In this document: positions 51,635 to 61,397 of the stretch, piece after piece
How positions within the stretch are numbered: position 1 is the first letter of the stretch
How the letters are laid out: every line of letters starts with the position of its first letter
Assembly (NCBI RefSeq): GCF_000142905.1
Contig: NW_013657679.1
Span: forward strand, 445,076 to 509,075
DNA length: 64,000 bases
Source of the DNA: Thecamonas trahens ATCC 50062
Lineage: Eukaryota > Protista > Apusomonadida
Direction: 5' to 3'
Made by a program: the position numbers and the translations under genes
Notes under the pieces: generated by a model
Database searches by the model: none
What the model saw: only the letters and a program-made list of their open reading frames with translations
Told to the model about the DNA's origin: nothing

Positions 51635-53785
51635 TTAGGAGGTCTTGGATGTAGAAGTGGAGGCGGGAGCGGGCACAGGCGCAGGCACAGACGCGGATGT
51701 GGTGGAACGCGGTGACTTGGCGGTGCGTGCCATCGAAGTGGCGACGGCAGACATAAGGCCAAAGGCAAAGGCGTTGGGCGCGAGGCTGGGATTGGCGTCG
51801 GCGATTTCGGACTCGATCATGCTCGCCAGGTCGTCCTCGTTGCAGGCGCCAGAGGCAAAGAGGTCGTCGTCGTCGATGGCAGCAGATGAGGAGGCGGTGC
51901 GGGGATCGAGGCCGGAGGCCGGGTCAGACTCGAGGGCAGGATCCACGGCCGGGAGGGCAAAGGCGACGGTGGATACCGGCCGGGCGTGGATGCGGGGCGT
52001 CGAACGGCGGAGCTGGCGGTTGATCTTGCGCTGGCGGTCGATGAGGCGCTTTTGCTCGGCGCGGGCGAGCGCCTCGGAGCGGAGGGCGGCGATCTCCTCC
52101 GAGGTCGGCACGTCGTCGGTGATGATGGCGCGCATAAAGTCCATGAACCTGGTCCGGTACGCGTGGGGCTCGATGGCAGACATGGCGGTCTCGTCGGTGG
52201 TCTCCGGGGTAAAGACGAGGTCCGACGAGAGCACGGCTTTCTCCAGGGTGAGTCGGCCGGCCTTGGTGCTCCGCTTGGCGGACTTGACCTTGTACGCGTG
52301 CTCGAGCTTCTTGATGAGGTTGTATTCTTGCATGATGTCGATGACACCAACAAAGTAAACCTCACGCTCGTCGAGCGGGCGCGGGTCACTGGGGTCCTCG
52401 GAGCGGATGCCGCCAAGGTAGGTCTGGAAGGCAGAACGGAACGGCGGCGGCGGCGGAAGAGGCGGCGGCGGCGGGACGGCCGAGACCGGCGGGAGCGTTG
52501 CCGACGCCGAGCCTGACGATGAGCCCAGCGTCGACGACGACGAAAGCTCCGAAGCGTCCGAGGTTGTCGACGAGTCGAGAACCAGGCGCGCTGAGCCGCG
52601 GTTCGACGACGACGATGACGAGCACGACGATGACGACGATGACGAGCATGATGACGACGACGACGCCGATGAGAGCCTGGCACTCGGGCTCACGGTTGCG
52701 GCCGGAGCCGGAGTGTAGATGCCGAGCAGGAGCGAATAATCCATGATGCCGTGGTCGGCAAGCAATGCCGAGTCGCGATCGAGCTGGTCAAGGAGCAGTT
52801 CCTTGACGCCGGGCCCGACGTGGAGACGGCGCTTGAGATTGAGGTCTTTGAGCACCTTCTCGCCCTCGATGATCTGCTTTTGGGTGACAAGGCGGTCCTT
52901 GGTGGAGCCTTTGAGGTCGTAGACCTCGCGGACGCGGAGCGGCGTGTGGAACACGTTGTTCATGACAACAACGCGGACAGTCTCCGACTTGACCTTGATT
53001 TTGTAGAGGCCGAAGAAGCGGGTGAGGAGCGAGTTGTCGCACATGACCATGTGGCGGTAGTAGTCATGGAGATGCTTGCGGAAGAACGAGAGCTCCGACG
53101 AGGCGACGGTCTTGATAATGTACTTGTTGTCCCAGGTGCGGAAGAAGAGCATGCCCGACTTGCCGGCGCCGGTCGAGCCGCCGAGAAGCGGCGACGAGAT
53201 CAGCGAATCGACGTAGGCTGGGACCGGAACTCGCCACCGGGTGCGGAGGCGGGCAAAGACGAGCGGTGCGACGTCGACAATGACCGTCTTGCCCTTAATC
53301 TTCTTGCTGCGGGCCTTGCCCTTGGCCTTGGTCTTGGCTTTGCCCTTGCCCCCGCTCGACGGTTCTTCCTCGCCCACCGACGAGCCGTCGTCGGGATGCG
53401 CCGAGCCAGCGGCGTTTGCGGCGGTCGACCGCGCGCGATCGGAGGCAGGCCCGTTATCTGTACGGTCGATGGTGGACATGGCACGGGCCGCGGCGCGCGA
53501 GCGAGGGACGGGGACCGACTCAGCGTCGGCAACCTCCCATGGCGCGCGAAGATGCGGAGCGGAGGAAGAGCGGGTGAGGCCCGGGGCGCCCAGATGGATG
53601 ACGTGCTTGGTCATGGCCGCGTAGTGTGCGTCGGTGAGCGGAAGGCGGCCGTGGGCCGGAACGCCCGCGGCGTCGGCGTCGGCAGCCTGCCGCTGCTGGG
53701 CGGCGAGGGCGGCGTGGGCCATGGCGTAGGCGAGGTGGACCCCCATGGGGGCGTCTGGGTGTGGAGGTGGTGGGAGGTGGTCCAT
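51635..53785 (-). CDS. Phosphatidylinositol-4-phosphate 5-kinase
   Basis: APLVFARLR, GKSGMLFF, YIIKT, SLLTRFFG, VMNNVF, YDLKGS, KDLN, IMDYSLLLG, GVIDIMQEY and SAIEP. The activation loop KKLEH has the type-I Glu. Confidence 0.92.
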   Translation of the reverse strand: MDHLPPPPHPDAPMGVHLAYAMAHAALAAQQRQAADADAAGVPAHGRLPLTDAHYAAMTKHVIHLGAPGLTRSSSAPHLRAPWEVADAESVPVPRSRAAARAMSTIDRTDNGPASDRARSTAANAAGSAHPDDGSSVGEEEPSSGGKGKAKTKAKGKARSKKIKGKTVIVDVAPLVFARLRTRWRVPVPAYVDSLISSPLLGGSTGAGKSGMLFFRTWDNKYIIKTVASSELSFFRKHLHDYYRHMVMCDNSLLTRFFGLYKIKVKSETVRVVVMNNVFHTPLRVREVYDLKGSTKDRLVTQKQIIEGEKVLKDLNLKRRLHVGPGVKELLLDQLDRDSALLADHGIMDYSLLLGIYTPAPAATVSPSARLSSASSSSSCSSSSSSSCSSSSSSNRGSARLVLDSSTTSDASELSSSSTLGSSSGSASATLPPVSAVPPPPPLPPPPPFRSAFQTYLGGIRSEDPSDPRPLDEREVYFVGVIDIMQEYNLIKKLEHAYKVKSAKRSTKAGRLTLEKAVLSSDLVFTPETTDETAMSAIEPHAYRTRFMDFMRAIITDDVPTSEEIAALRSEALARAEQKRLIDRQRKINRQLRRSTPRIHARPVSTVAFALPAVDPALESDPASGLDPRTASSSAAIDDDDLFASGACNEDDLASMIESEIADANPSLAPNAFAFGLMSAVATSMARTAKSPRSTTSASVPAPVPAPASTSTSKTS

Positions 53786-53946
53786 GAGGGGAGGGGGGGG
53801 GGAGGGGGAGGGGGAGGGGGGAGGTGGGGGCGTGGAGTGGCTGCTGCTGCCAAGGCAACGGGCTTTTGTGGTGTTCGCTGCCCATTTCACGTGGCGGACG
53901 TCGTGTTGCGAAAGCCAGCCAAGCCAGCCAGTCAAGTCAGGCAAGG

Positions 53947-54540
53947 TCATGCCGTTCGACCGATGTCGGGCTTGGCGTGCGAGTGAGCGGTTGTCGACGA
54001 TCGGGTACAGGCGCGATAGGATACAAAGATGGCGAGGCAAGCAAGGGCTGCAACGGCAAACGAAGAGGTGGGCGAGGAGGCAAAGGCGGCAGTGAGAGGC
54101 GGCGATGGACAGCAGCCGGAGCAGTCGGCGCCCGGGAGGTCCGAGGTGATGCGGCATGAGGCGAGGCACTTGGGCGCGGCATGCGGGTGGTTTGGATCGC
54201 GCGGGCAAGCGCAGCACATCTCCTGAGAGCAGCCGCAGCAGACATGATCGGCTGGGATGCACGCGCCTGACTCGGTCGACGGAGCCGTGAGCGAGGAGCA
54301 GCAGCGCTCGGCCCGCCGGGCAGCGCTGGGATCTGCCAGCTCCTCGCCGAGCACCAGGGTGCACTCACTCGTCCCGCACAGCGACTGCGGTGCCAGCTCG
54401 TTGAACGTCTCAAACTCGCCGATCTCCATCGTGTCGGGTAGGCGGCGGGTGGTGGCCGGCAGTCTCAGGGCGTCCGCGCCCATACATGCCGTCAGCGCCA
54501 CCAGTACCACGACAGCGAGGGAAGTTGGGATTGTGGCCAT
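53947..54540 (-). CDS. Small Cys-rich secreted/membrane-anchored protein
   Basis: Signal peptide MATIPTSLAVVVLVALTACMGADA, multiple CC pairs and a C-terminal hydrophobic segment. Confidence 0.65.
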   Translation of the reverse strand: MATIPTSLAVVVLVALTACMGADALRLPATTRRLPDTMEIGEFETFNELAPQSLCGTSECTLVLGEELADPSAARRAERCCSSLTAPSTESGACIPADHVCCGCSQEMCCACPRDPNHPHAAPKCLASCRITSDLPGADCSGCCPSPPLTAAFASSPTSSFAVAALACLAIFVSYRACTRSSTTAHSHAKPDIGRTA

Positions 54541-54630
54541 GAATGAGATGAGGTTAGCCCAAGGGGAGGAGGGGGAGTGAGGGGGGTGAGGTGGAAGTGA
54601 GCCAGTTAGCCCCCTCTCGACCCTGACCAC

Positions 54631-55215
54631 CCTCACCTCGGCCAACACTGCCCAAACCACCGCTGCCTCTTCCCCCTCCACCCCCCCCACCCCACACACA
54701 CACACATACACACCCCCCCTATCCACGCACACTCGCACTCACACTCGTCTTGCAAGGCGCCCTCCATGACAGCCTTGCACAGACAAGCACCGGTGCTCCT
54801 GCCGGGCCTGTGCTTGCTCGCCATGCGTATGCCCTTCCCTTCCCCCCAATGGTACTTTGAATTANNNNNNNNNNNNNNNNNNNNNNNNNNNNNNNNNNNN
54901 NNNNNNNNNNNNNNNNNNNNNNNNNNNNNNNNNNNNNNNNNNNNNNNNNNNNNNNNNNNNNNNNNNNNNNNNNNNNNNNNNNNNNNNNNNNNNNNNNNNN
55001 NNNNNNNNNNNNNNNNNNNNNNNNNNNNNNNNNNNNNNNNNNNNNNNNNNNNNNNNNNNNNNNNNNNNNNNNNNNNNNNNNNNNNNNNNNNNNNNNNNNN
55101 NNNNNNNNNTTCCCTTCCCCCTCCCACCCCTCCTCCCCCCCCCCCCCCCCCCTCCCCCCCCTCCCCCCTCCCTCACCTCGGCCAACACTGCCCAAACCAC
55201 CGCTGCCTCTTCCCC
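54631..55215 (+). repeat. 45-bp exact direct repeat flanking an N gap (54631-54675 and 55171-55215)
   Basis: cctcacctcggccaacactgcccaaaccaccgctgcctcttcccc occurs on both sides of the gap. Confidence 0.9.
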
Positions 55216-55262
55216 TGTCACCCCCCCCCTCCCCTTCCCCACTCACCACCCCCACTCCCTCC

Positions 55263-55892
55263 ATGCACATACACACCCGCTCTGTCGTACCGTCATCCCC
55301 TGCTCATTCTCTCCTGCCCCTCGCTCCTGCCACAGTCCTGGCCCAGGCCGCAGCATGCTCCCCCCCATGCAACAACGTCTCCACCGTGTGCGACACCGCT
55401 GCGGGGGCTTGTGTGTGCAAGTCGCCGTACGCCGGTAGCCCGTGCGCACTGCCACTGCCGACCTCTCCGGCTCACTCGGATGACGGATACTACACCCGAG
55501 GCCTGTTTGTTATCTACGCGCTCCCGGTCCTCCTCCTCCTCCTCACTGTCCTCTTTGGCACACTCTACCTCCGCTGCACCGGTGAGACCGAGTCGTTTGA
55601 AGACATCATTGCCGAGGATCGCATGGTCGTTGCCCGCGAGCGCGCCCGCAAGACCGACGCCGCCACCACCGTCGTCATCAACCCGGTCGGGCCCGAGGCC
55701 GGCCTCCGCGACTCGGCCCCGTCGTCCCAAACAGCCACACCGCGCGCCACACCAGCTGGCCTCAACACCTCGGTCGCAGACCTCACCATGGCCGACGACG
55801 ACTCAGGCGACGGCTACTCCTCTGACACTCCGCCCGGCGCTACAGTCAAGGTCGAGACCATTGCCATCGACTCGGGCTCAAGTGACGTCTGA
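55263..55892 (+). CDS. EGF-like domain single-pass membrane protein
   Basis: CSPPCNNVSTVCDTAAGACVCKSPYAGSPC (6-Cys EGF spacing) and TM GLFVIYALPVLLLLLTVLFGTLYL. The 5' end lies in low-quality sequence. Confidence 0.7.
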   Translation: MHIHTRSVVPSSPAHSLLPLAPATVLAQAAACSPPCNNVSTVCDTAAGACVCKSPYAGSPCALPLPTSPAHSDDGYYTRGLFVIYALPVLLLLLTVLFGTLYLRCTGETESFEDIIAEDRMVVARERARKTDAATTVVINPVGPEAGLRDSAPSSQTATPRATPAGLNTSVADLTMADDDSGDGYSSDTPPGATVKVETIAIDSGSSDV

Positions 55893-56161
55893 CACGCGCG
55901 ATCAGACACGAGCATCCGGCCACGGGCCGCTGGCCGCCAAGCAAACGACTCCCCTATGCACAACTCACTTACAACTCATACACAGCCATCCACAGCCAGG
56001 CGTTATCCTTTCTACCATCGCCTGCCCAACCACATCCGCGGCTTCCAAACGCCTCTCCCGGCTGCGGGAGCCAAACTTCCATTTGCGTGCCAAACTGTAC
56101 CCAGCGATGAGAGGCCTCAACACTCATCTCCACCCGTATCACGCCAGCCTGCAAGGCATCC

Positions 56162-57382
56162 ATGGCGACCGACATGGCCTGTGACCTGTGCAGCAAGAGC
56201 TTTGTCCGTGCCCGCGATTTCCGCGTCCATATGAAGGGCTCGGCCCATGCCGCCGCTCTCGCCGCCGCTGACGAGCGGGCGGCGCTGCGTGCAGCCGCTG
56301 CTGCTGCTCTCGCCCGCAAGACCAAGCTCCGCGAGCAGCTCACCGATGTCGCTCGTCACTACACCACCCGGCTGCATCGCGGGCTAGTCTCGGTGCCAAG
56401 CGAGTCGCCCGCGGCCGCCGATGGGCTCGCCGCCGCAGTCGCCTCCCACTACGCCACCTCGCGCCCGCGCAAGCACATCCTCCGCCTCCGCAAGGCTCTC
56501 CTCGGTCTCGCCGTCGAAACCGTCGCCATCCTGTTTCCGGCGGCGGAACTCGAAGTTTATGGCTCGATCCCGCTGCGGCTCGACTCGGAGTCGTCCGACA
56601 TCGACGTCTCGATCATCTCGGACGAGGACGAGACGCTCCTGCTTAGCACCATTGCCGACGGCGTCGAAGCTCTCGGCCTGTCGAGTGTGACGGTCGCCCG
56701 GACGCTCACCGCCCGCATCCCGCTCATCACCATTGCAGACTCGCTCTCGAGCCTCGAGCTCGACCTCTCAATCTGGAAGCTGGACAAGCTCGAGATCAAC
56801 AAGGTCTTTACCACGTATCTCAGCCTCGATGCCCGCATTCCGCCGCTGCTCTTTGCCATCCGGTCTTGGGCCAAGGCGAGGAACATCAACAACGCCTACA
56901 CCGGAACCATCAACTCGTTCGGCCTCACTGTTCTTGGCATCGCCTTTCTCCAATCCTCGGGCGTTGTGCCGGTCATCGAGGAGCTGCCAGAGGTTGAGGC
57001 TGAGCTGGCGACTGCCGCCGCCGCCGGTCCGGTCGCCAACGCCTCGCACGAGCGCATTGCTGCAGCCGACCACGCCTCGGCTGCCACGCCAGCTGCCGAT
57101 GAAGACCTCGGCAGCATGCTCGTCGCCTTCTTCGAGTGGCTCGCGGCATTTGACTACGACGCGCATCGCATCTCCATCCGCCACGGCGGCGTGACGTCCA
57201 AGGAGGCCCACAAGTTTGATGACGACACTGTGTTTGTCATCGAGCGCCCGCGGACGCCGTACCAAAACGTCACCCGCCAGGTCTCGCCCGATTCGCTCCG
57301 GCGCCTTGTCTACGAGTTCCGTCGAGCCCGTGACATACTCTCGGCCGGCGGCTCGCTCGTGCAGCTGCTCGCATCGGACTGA
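56162..57382 (+). CDS. Non-canonical poly(A) polymerase / terminal uridylyltransferase with N-terminal zinc finger
   Basis: CDLC..HMKGSAH matrin-type finger, YGS..SSDIDV, ARIPLI, ELDLS, RSWAKARNIN, GTINSF and a PAP-associated region. Confidence 0.88.
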   Translation: MATDMACDLCSKSFVRARDFRVHMKGSAHAAALAAADERAALRAAAAAALARKTKLREQLTDVARHYTTRLHRGLVSVPSESPAAADGLAAAVASHYATSRPRKHILRLRKALLGLAVETVAILFPAAELEVYGSIPLRLDSESSDIDVSIISDEDETLLLSTIADGVEALGLSSVTVARTLTARIPLITIADSLSSLELDLSIWKLDKLEINKVFTTYLSLDARIPPLLFAIRSWAKARNINNAYTGTINSFGLTVLGIAFLQSSGVVPVIEELPEVEAELATAAAAGPVANASHERIAAADHASAATPAADEDLGSMLVAFFEWLAAFDYDAHRISIRHGGVTSKEAHKFDDDTVFVIERPRTPYQNVTRQVSPDSLRRLVYEFRRARDILSAGGSLVQLLASD

Positions 57383-57417
57383 GGAGGCCAGCGACAGCGC
57401 AAGAACGGACGGAGGAG

Positions 57418-58497
57418 TCAAACCGCGTTCGAGGGGCCGGGCGCGCCGGACAAACTGCTGGAGGATGACGCCGAAGCCGACGCCGACGTCAGCGCAGCGT
57501 CTGTGGCTTCGGCCTCGGGCTCGTGCGCAAGCTGCGCCTCGATCCCGTTGGGGATGTTGGCCTTGCAGAGCGGACAGAGCCGGGCGCGTGCTAGCCATGG
57601 GTCGATGCACACGGCGTGAAAGCCGTGTCCACACGGCAGCTCACGCATTGAGCTCGCCAGCGCGACCGCGGCCGGCTCGTGCTCACGCTCGTCGTCGAGC
57701 TCAGCCCGGGTCGTGAGGCTCGAGAGGCAGATGGCGCACATGCGGTCCGAGGCGATGTCTACGCTCGAGCTGGAGCTTGCTGCCGAGTGCGCGCCGGTCC
57801 GCCGCAGGCCCGCCGGCGGCGCGGGTGGTAGTGTGCGTGCCGGGAGGTGCGCGTCGATAAAGGCGCGCGAAATGCCATAGCGCGACTCGGTGGCGTTGGG
57901 GTCTGGGACGCCAGCGGCGGCAAACCGAAGCGACTCGGCGCGCCGGAGCACCTGGTGGTGGTTGGCGCTTGCAATGCTGCGGGCGAGGATGAGGCCAAAG
58001 AAGCCGCAGGCTGTGGCGGCGATGGTGACGAGAAAGAACGCCGAGACGACCGCAACCGTGACGGCAGCGTAGTAGAGGGGCGGGTTGGTCGACTGGCAAG
58101 GCAAGATGCCGCGGGCGCGGTTGGCAAAGCGATCTGCCGAGGCGAGGACAGCAAAGATGAGCACAAAGTAGCCGATGATCTGCAGAACATACGCCAGCCC
58201 GTTGGTTGCCGAGAGCAGGTAGCGGGTGGTGGCCCAGGCCTGGGAGTGCTGCCGATCGGCAACCGACGACGCAATCTGCACCAGCAAATAGAGCGGAACA
58301 AAGGCGAGGTAGAGCGCGGTCCACGTGCGGACGTAGTGGCAGGGGCGGGCGGCGGTGGCGAGCTCGATGATGGCGAGGCCGAAGCAGGCGAGGCCGTGGA
58401 AGAGACAGAGGGTGAGATGGACGGCTGTGAACCAGCGAAGGATGCGCTGGTCGGTCCGCTGGTGTGCTTGCCGCTGTTCAGCTTCGTCGTCCCGCAT
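57418..58497 (-). CDS. Multi-pass membrane RING-H2 E3 ubiquitin ligase
   Basis: About 4 TM helices, then CAICL...LPCGHGFHAVCIDPWL....CPLCK. First ATG at 58497. Confidence 0.87.
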   Translation of the reverse strand: MRDDEAEQRQAHQRTDQRILRWFTAVHLTLCLFHGLACFGLAIIELATAARPCHYVRTWTALYLAFVPLYLLVQIASSVADRQHSQAWATTRYLLSATNGLAYVLQIIGYFVLIFAVLASADRFANRARGILPCQSTNPPLYYAAVTVAVVSAFFLVTIAATACGFFGLILARSIASANHHQVLRRAESLRFAAAGVPDPNATESRYGISRAFIDAHLPARTLPPAPPAGLRRTGAHSAASSSSSVDIASDRMCAICLSSLTTRAELDDEREHEPAAVALASSMRELPCGHGFHAVCIDPWLARARLCPLCKANIPNGIEAQLAHEPEAEATDAALTSASASASSSSSLSGAPGPSNAV

Positions 58498-58644
58498 GCG
58501 GGCCTGCTCCCGCGGAGCGGCAAGGTGGGATGCGGCGGAGCGAGGTGGCCGGTCGACAGCGGGCTGGTGGCGGTGTTGTTCGGCGGCTGTCACCGCAAGA
58601 TATGTGCAGGGTGGGTGTTTTTTTTCACGGCAGAGGCGACGCTA

Positions 58645-60732
58645 CTACGACGACGACGACGACGACGAGTCAAAGAGCTCGCCAATCTGGATGTTCCACA
58701 GTCGGGCGTAGGTGCCGCCGGCGGCGATGAGGTTGTCGTGAGTGTCCTCCTCGGCAACGACGCCTTCGTGGAGGACAAGGATGCGGTCGGCGTGGCGGAT
58801 GGTGGAGAGGCGGTGGGCGATGACGAGAGCCGTCTTGCCGGCGGTAAGCTTGCGGAGGTTGCGCTGGATGGAGAGCTCTGTCTCGGTATCAACAGCCGAC
58901 GTGGCCTCGTCGAGGATGAGAATGGGCGCATCCTTGAGGAGGGCGCGAGCAATGGAGAGCCGCTGGCGCTGGCCACCCGAGAGGCGGACGCCGCGCTCGC
59001 CAATGAGGGTCTCGTAGCCGTCGGGCAGGCTTGTGATAAAGTCGTGGAGCTCAGCCTCGCGAGCGGCGGCCTCGACACGGGAGCTAAGGTACTTGCGCTT
59101 GGTGAGACCGTAGGCAATGTTCTCGCGGATGGTGCCGTGGAAGAGGTACGTGTCCTGTGAGACGAGGGCAATGTTGGCGCGGAGGACGTCAAGCGGGAGC
59201 GACCGGACGTCGACGCCGTCGATGCAGACGACGCCCTCGTTGACGTCGTACATGCGAAGGACGAGCTTGGCGAGCGTCGACTTGCCGGCGCCTGTCAGTC
59301 CGGCGATGCCGACGGTCTCGCCAGCGGCCAGGCGACAGGTCAGGCCTCGGAGGATGGCCGGGCTGCCCGACTCGGCGTAGGAGAACCAGACGTCCTCAAA
59401 GGTGATGGCGCCCTGGGCGTGCGGCGAGGTAAGCAGCGGGGCTGCGGCGGAGCTACTCTTGGCCTTGGCCTTGCGCTTGGCCTTGCGCTTACCGCGAAGA
59501 TGAGACTTGGCCGGAGCCGGGAACAGCTTGGGATTCTCCGGGTCGCGGATCTCGGGCGCCTGGTCGAGGAGGGTAAAGACGCGGCGGGCCGAGGCACGGG
59601 CGCGAAGGAACTCGTCGATGGTTGCGCCGAGGCGGGTGATCGGCCAGAGCAGGCGCTGGATGAGCATGGAGAACATGACCAGGTCGCCGATGGAGAGGCC
59701 CTTCTCGTCGTTGATGACCCAGTACGTGCCGCAGGTGAGGACAGCGGCAAAGCCGACAGCAATGGACATTCGGATGACTGGGATGTAGGCGGCAGCAACG
59801 CGGATGGCCCGAAAGTTGGCGTCGCGGTACTCGCTCGAGACGGTGTCGACCCGGTCAAATTCAAAGGCCTCGGCGGTAAAGGCCTTGGTCACAGCTATAC
59901 CCGAGATGTTGTTCTCCAGCCGTGCCGCGAGCTCGCCGACCTTGGCGCGGAGCACCTTGTACCGCGGCTGAATAAGTGCCTGGAAAAGGAACGAGCCGGC
60001 GAGAATGACCGGGATGGGCGTGAGCCCGATGAGCGTCAGCTCCCAGGAGACGTAAAAGAGGATGGCGCCAGAGAAGGCGAGGACAACGCCAAACTGCAGG
60101 ATCTCGTTGAGCCCCGTGTTGAGGAACCGCTCAAGCTGATTGATGTCGTTGTTGAGGAGCGAGAGCAGGTCGCCGGTCCGGTGGCGCTCAAAGAACCGCA
60201 TCTCGCGCTGCAGCAGGGCAGCGTACGAGCCCATCCGTGCCTCGTGCTGCGTCTTTTGCGCCAGAAGCTTGAACAGGAGCTCGTAGAGGAACTGGAAGAG
60301 CGACTCGAAGAAGAAGATGGCAATAGTGAGGAGGCCAATCGCCAGCGGGAGATGCCACTGGCCCTTCCCCGGGTGGACCGCGCCAGGCTCACCGGAGAGC
60401 GTCACCAGCCAGTCGGGCGGCGAGCCCTCGAGCGTGTCCACCACCCACTTGACGAGAATAGGCGGGGCGAGATCGAGGATCTTGTTGAGCACTGACGAGG
60501 CCGCGGCCAGCACCAGCAGCAGCTTGTGCGGCGCCATGAACGCCAGCAGTCGCCACATCGGCCGCCGCGTCGCCGACGTGTCGATGTACCCGCCGTCCAG
60601 CCGTGCCTTTTCCTCGTCCACGGTCGATGAGCCGTAACACTCATACTCATACTCGTCCGACGAGGCCCACCGCCCGGTTCCGGACTCGGACTTGGAGAGA
60701 CTCGACGTGCTCTTCAGTGACGACGACGACAT
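58645..60732 (-). CDS. ABC-B half transporter (TMD-NBD), bacterial MsbA-like subfamily
   Basis: LNKILDLAPP, LNNDINQLERFL, QRLLWPITRLG, Walker A GLTGAGKST, LSGGQRQR, ILDEATSAVD and IAHRLST. Confidence 0.93.
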   Translation of the reverse strand: MSSSSLKSTSSLSKSESGTGRWASSDEYEYECYGSSTVDEEKARLDGGYIDTSATRRPMWRLLAFMAPHKLLLVLAAASSVLNKILDLAPPILVKWVVDTLEGSPPDWLVTLSGEPGAVHPGKGQWHLPLAIGLLTIAIFFFESLFQFLYELLFKLLAQKTQHEARMGSYAALLQREMRFFERHRTGDLLSLLNNDINQLERFLNTGLNEILQFGVVLAFSGAILFYVSWELTLIGLTPIPVILAGSFLFQALIQPRYKVLRAKVGELAARLENNISGIAVTKAFTAEAFEFDRVDTVSSEYRDANFRAIRVAAAYIPVIRMSIAVGFAAVLTCGTYWVINDEKGLSIGDLVMFSMLIQRLLWPITRLGATIDEFLRARASARRVFTLLDQAPEIRDPENPKLFPAPAKSHLRGKRKAKRKAKAKSSSAAAPLLTSPHAQGAITFEDVWFSYAESGSPAILRGLTCRLAAGETVGIAGLTGAGKSTLAKLVLRMYDVNEGVVCIDGVDVRSLPLDVLRANIALVSQDTYLFHGTIRENIAYGLTKRKYLSSRVEAAAREAELHDFITSLPDGYETLIGERGVRLSGGQRQRLSIARALLKDAPILILDEATSAVDTETELSIQRNLRKLTAGKTALVIAHRLSTIRHADRILVLHEGVVAEEDTHDNLIAAGGTYARLWNIQIGELFDSSSSSSS

Positions 60733-61240
60733 GAGGTGCGAGACGAGTGGTGCGATGGGATNNNNNNNNNNNNNNNNNNNNNNNNNNNNNNNNNNNNNNN
60801 NNNNNNNNNNNNNNNNNNNNNNNNNNNNNNNNNNNNNNNNNNNNNNNNNNNNNNNNNNNNNNNNNNNNNNNNNNNNNNNNNNNNNNNNNNNNNNNNNNNN
60901 NNNNNNNNNNNNNNNNNNNNNNNNNNNNNNNNNNNNNNNNNNNNNNNNNNNNNNNNNNNNNNNNNNNNNNNNNNNNNNNNNNNNNNNNNNNNNNNNNNNN
61001 NNNNNNNNNNNNNNNNNNNNNNNNNNNNNNNNNNNNNNNNNNNNNNNNNNNNNNNNNNNNNNNNNNNNNNNNNNNNNNNNNNNNNNNNNNNNNNNNNNNN
61101 NNNNTAGATTGGAGTAATGATCGAGGAGGATGGGGGACGTGGGGAAGGGAGGGAGAGAGGAAGGGAGAGGGGAGAAGGGGGGGGGAGGGGGAAGGAGGGG
61201 GGGACTGATCGGGTGTGGTGCAGAGCGGGAAGCGGATGCT

Positions 61241-61332
61241 GCGGCAGTGAGCGGGCAGCAGGCGGCAGTGAGCGGGCAGCAGGCGGCAGTGAGCGGGCAG
61301 CAGGCGGCAGTGAGCGGGCAGCAGGCGGCAGT
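61241..61332 (+). repeat. 21-bp minisatellite, ~4.4 perfect copies
   Basis: (gcggcagtgagcgggcagcag)x4 plus gcggcagt, with no spacers. Confidence 0.95.
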
Positions 61333-61397
61333 CGGGCCGGGCCGGGCCGGGCCACCTCACGCAGCAGGTTACGAAAGAAAAAACCCCGACCAAGAAC

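Noticed and set aside
26333-53859. RFX X-box-like sites (GTTGCCCTTGGCTT ~26333; GCTGCCAAGGCAAC 53846-53859)
   Set aside because: Only one half-site matches in each, and the IFT74 promoter that would test the idea lies in a gap.
54631-55215. 45-bp direct repeat as LTR or target-site duplication
   Set aside because: It flanks an N gap next to poly-C sequence, which is typical of unmerged overlapping contig ends.
61241-61332. 21-bp repeat array as a CRISPR
   Set aside because: The units are head-to-tail with no unique spacers, there are no cas genes, and the context is eukaryotic.
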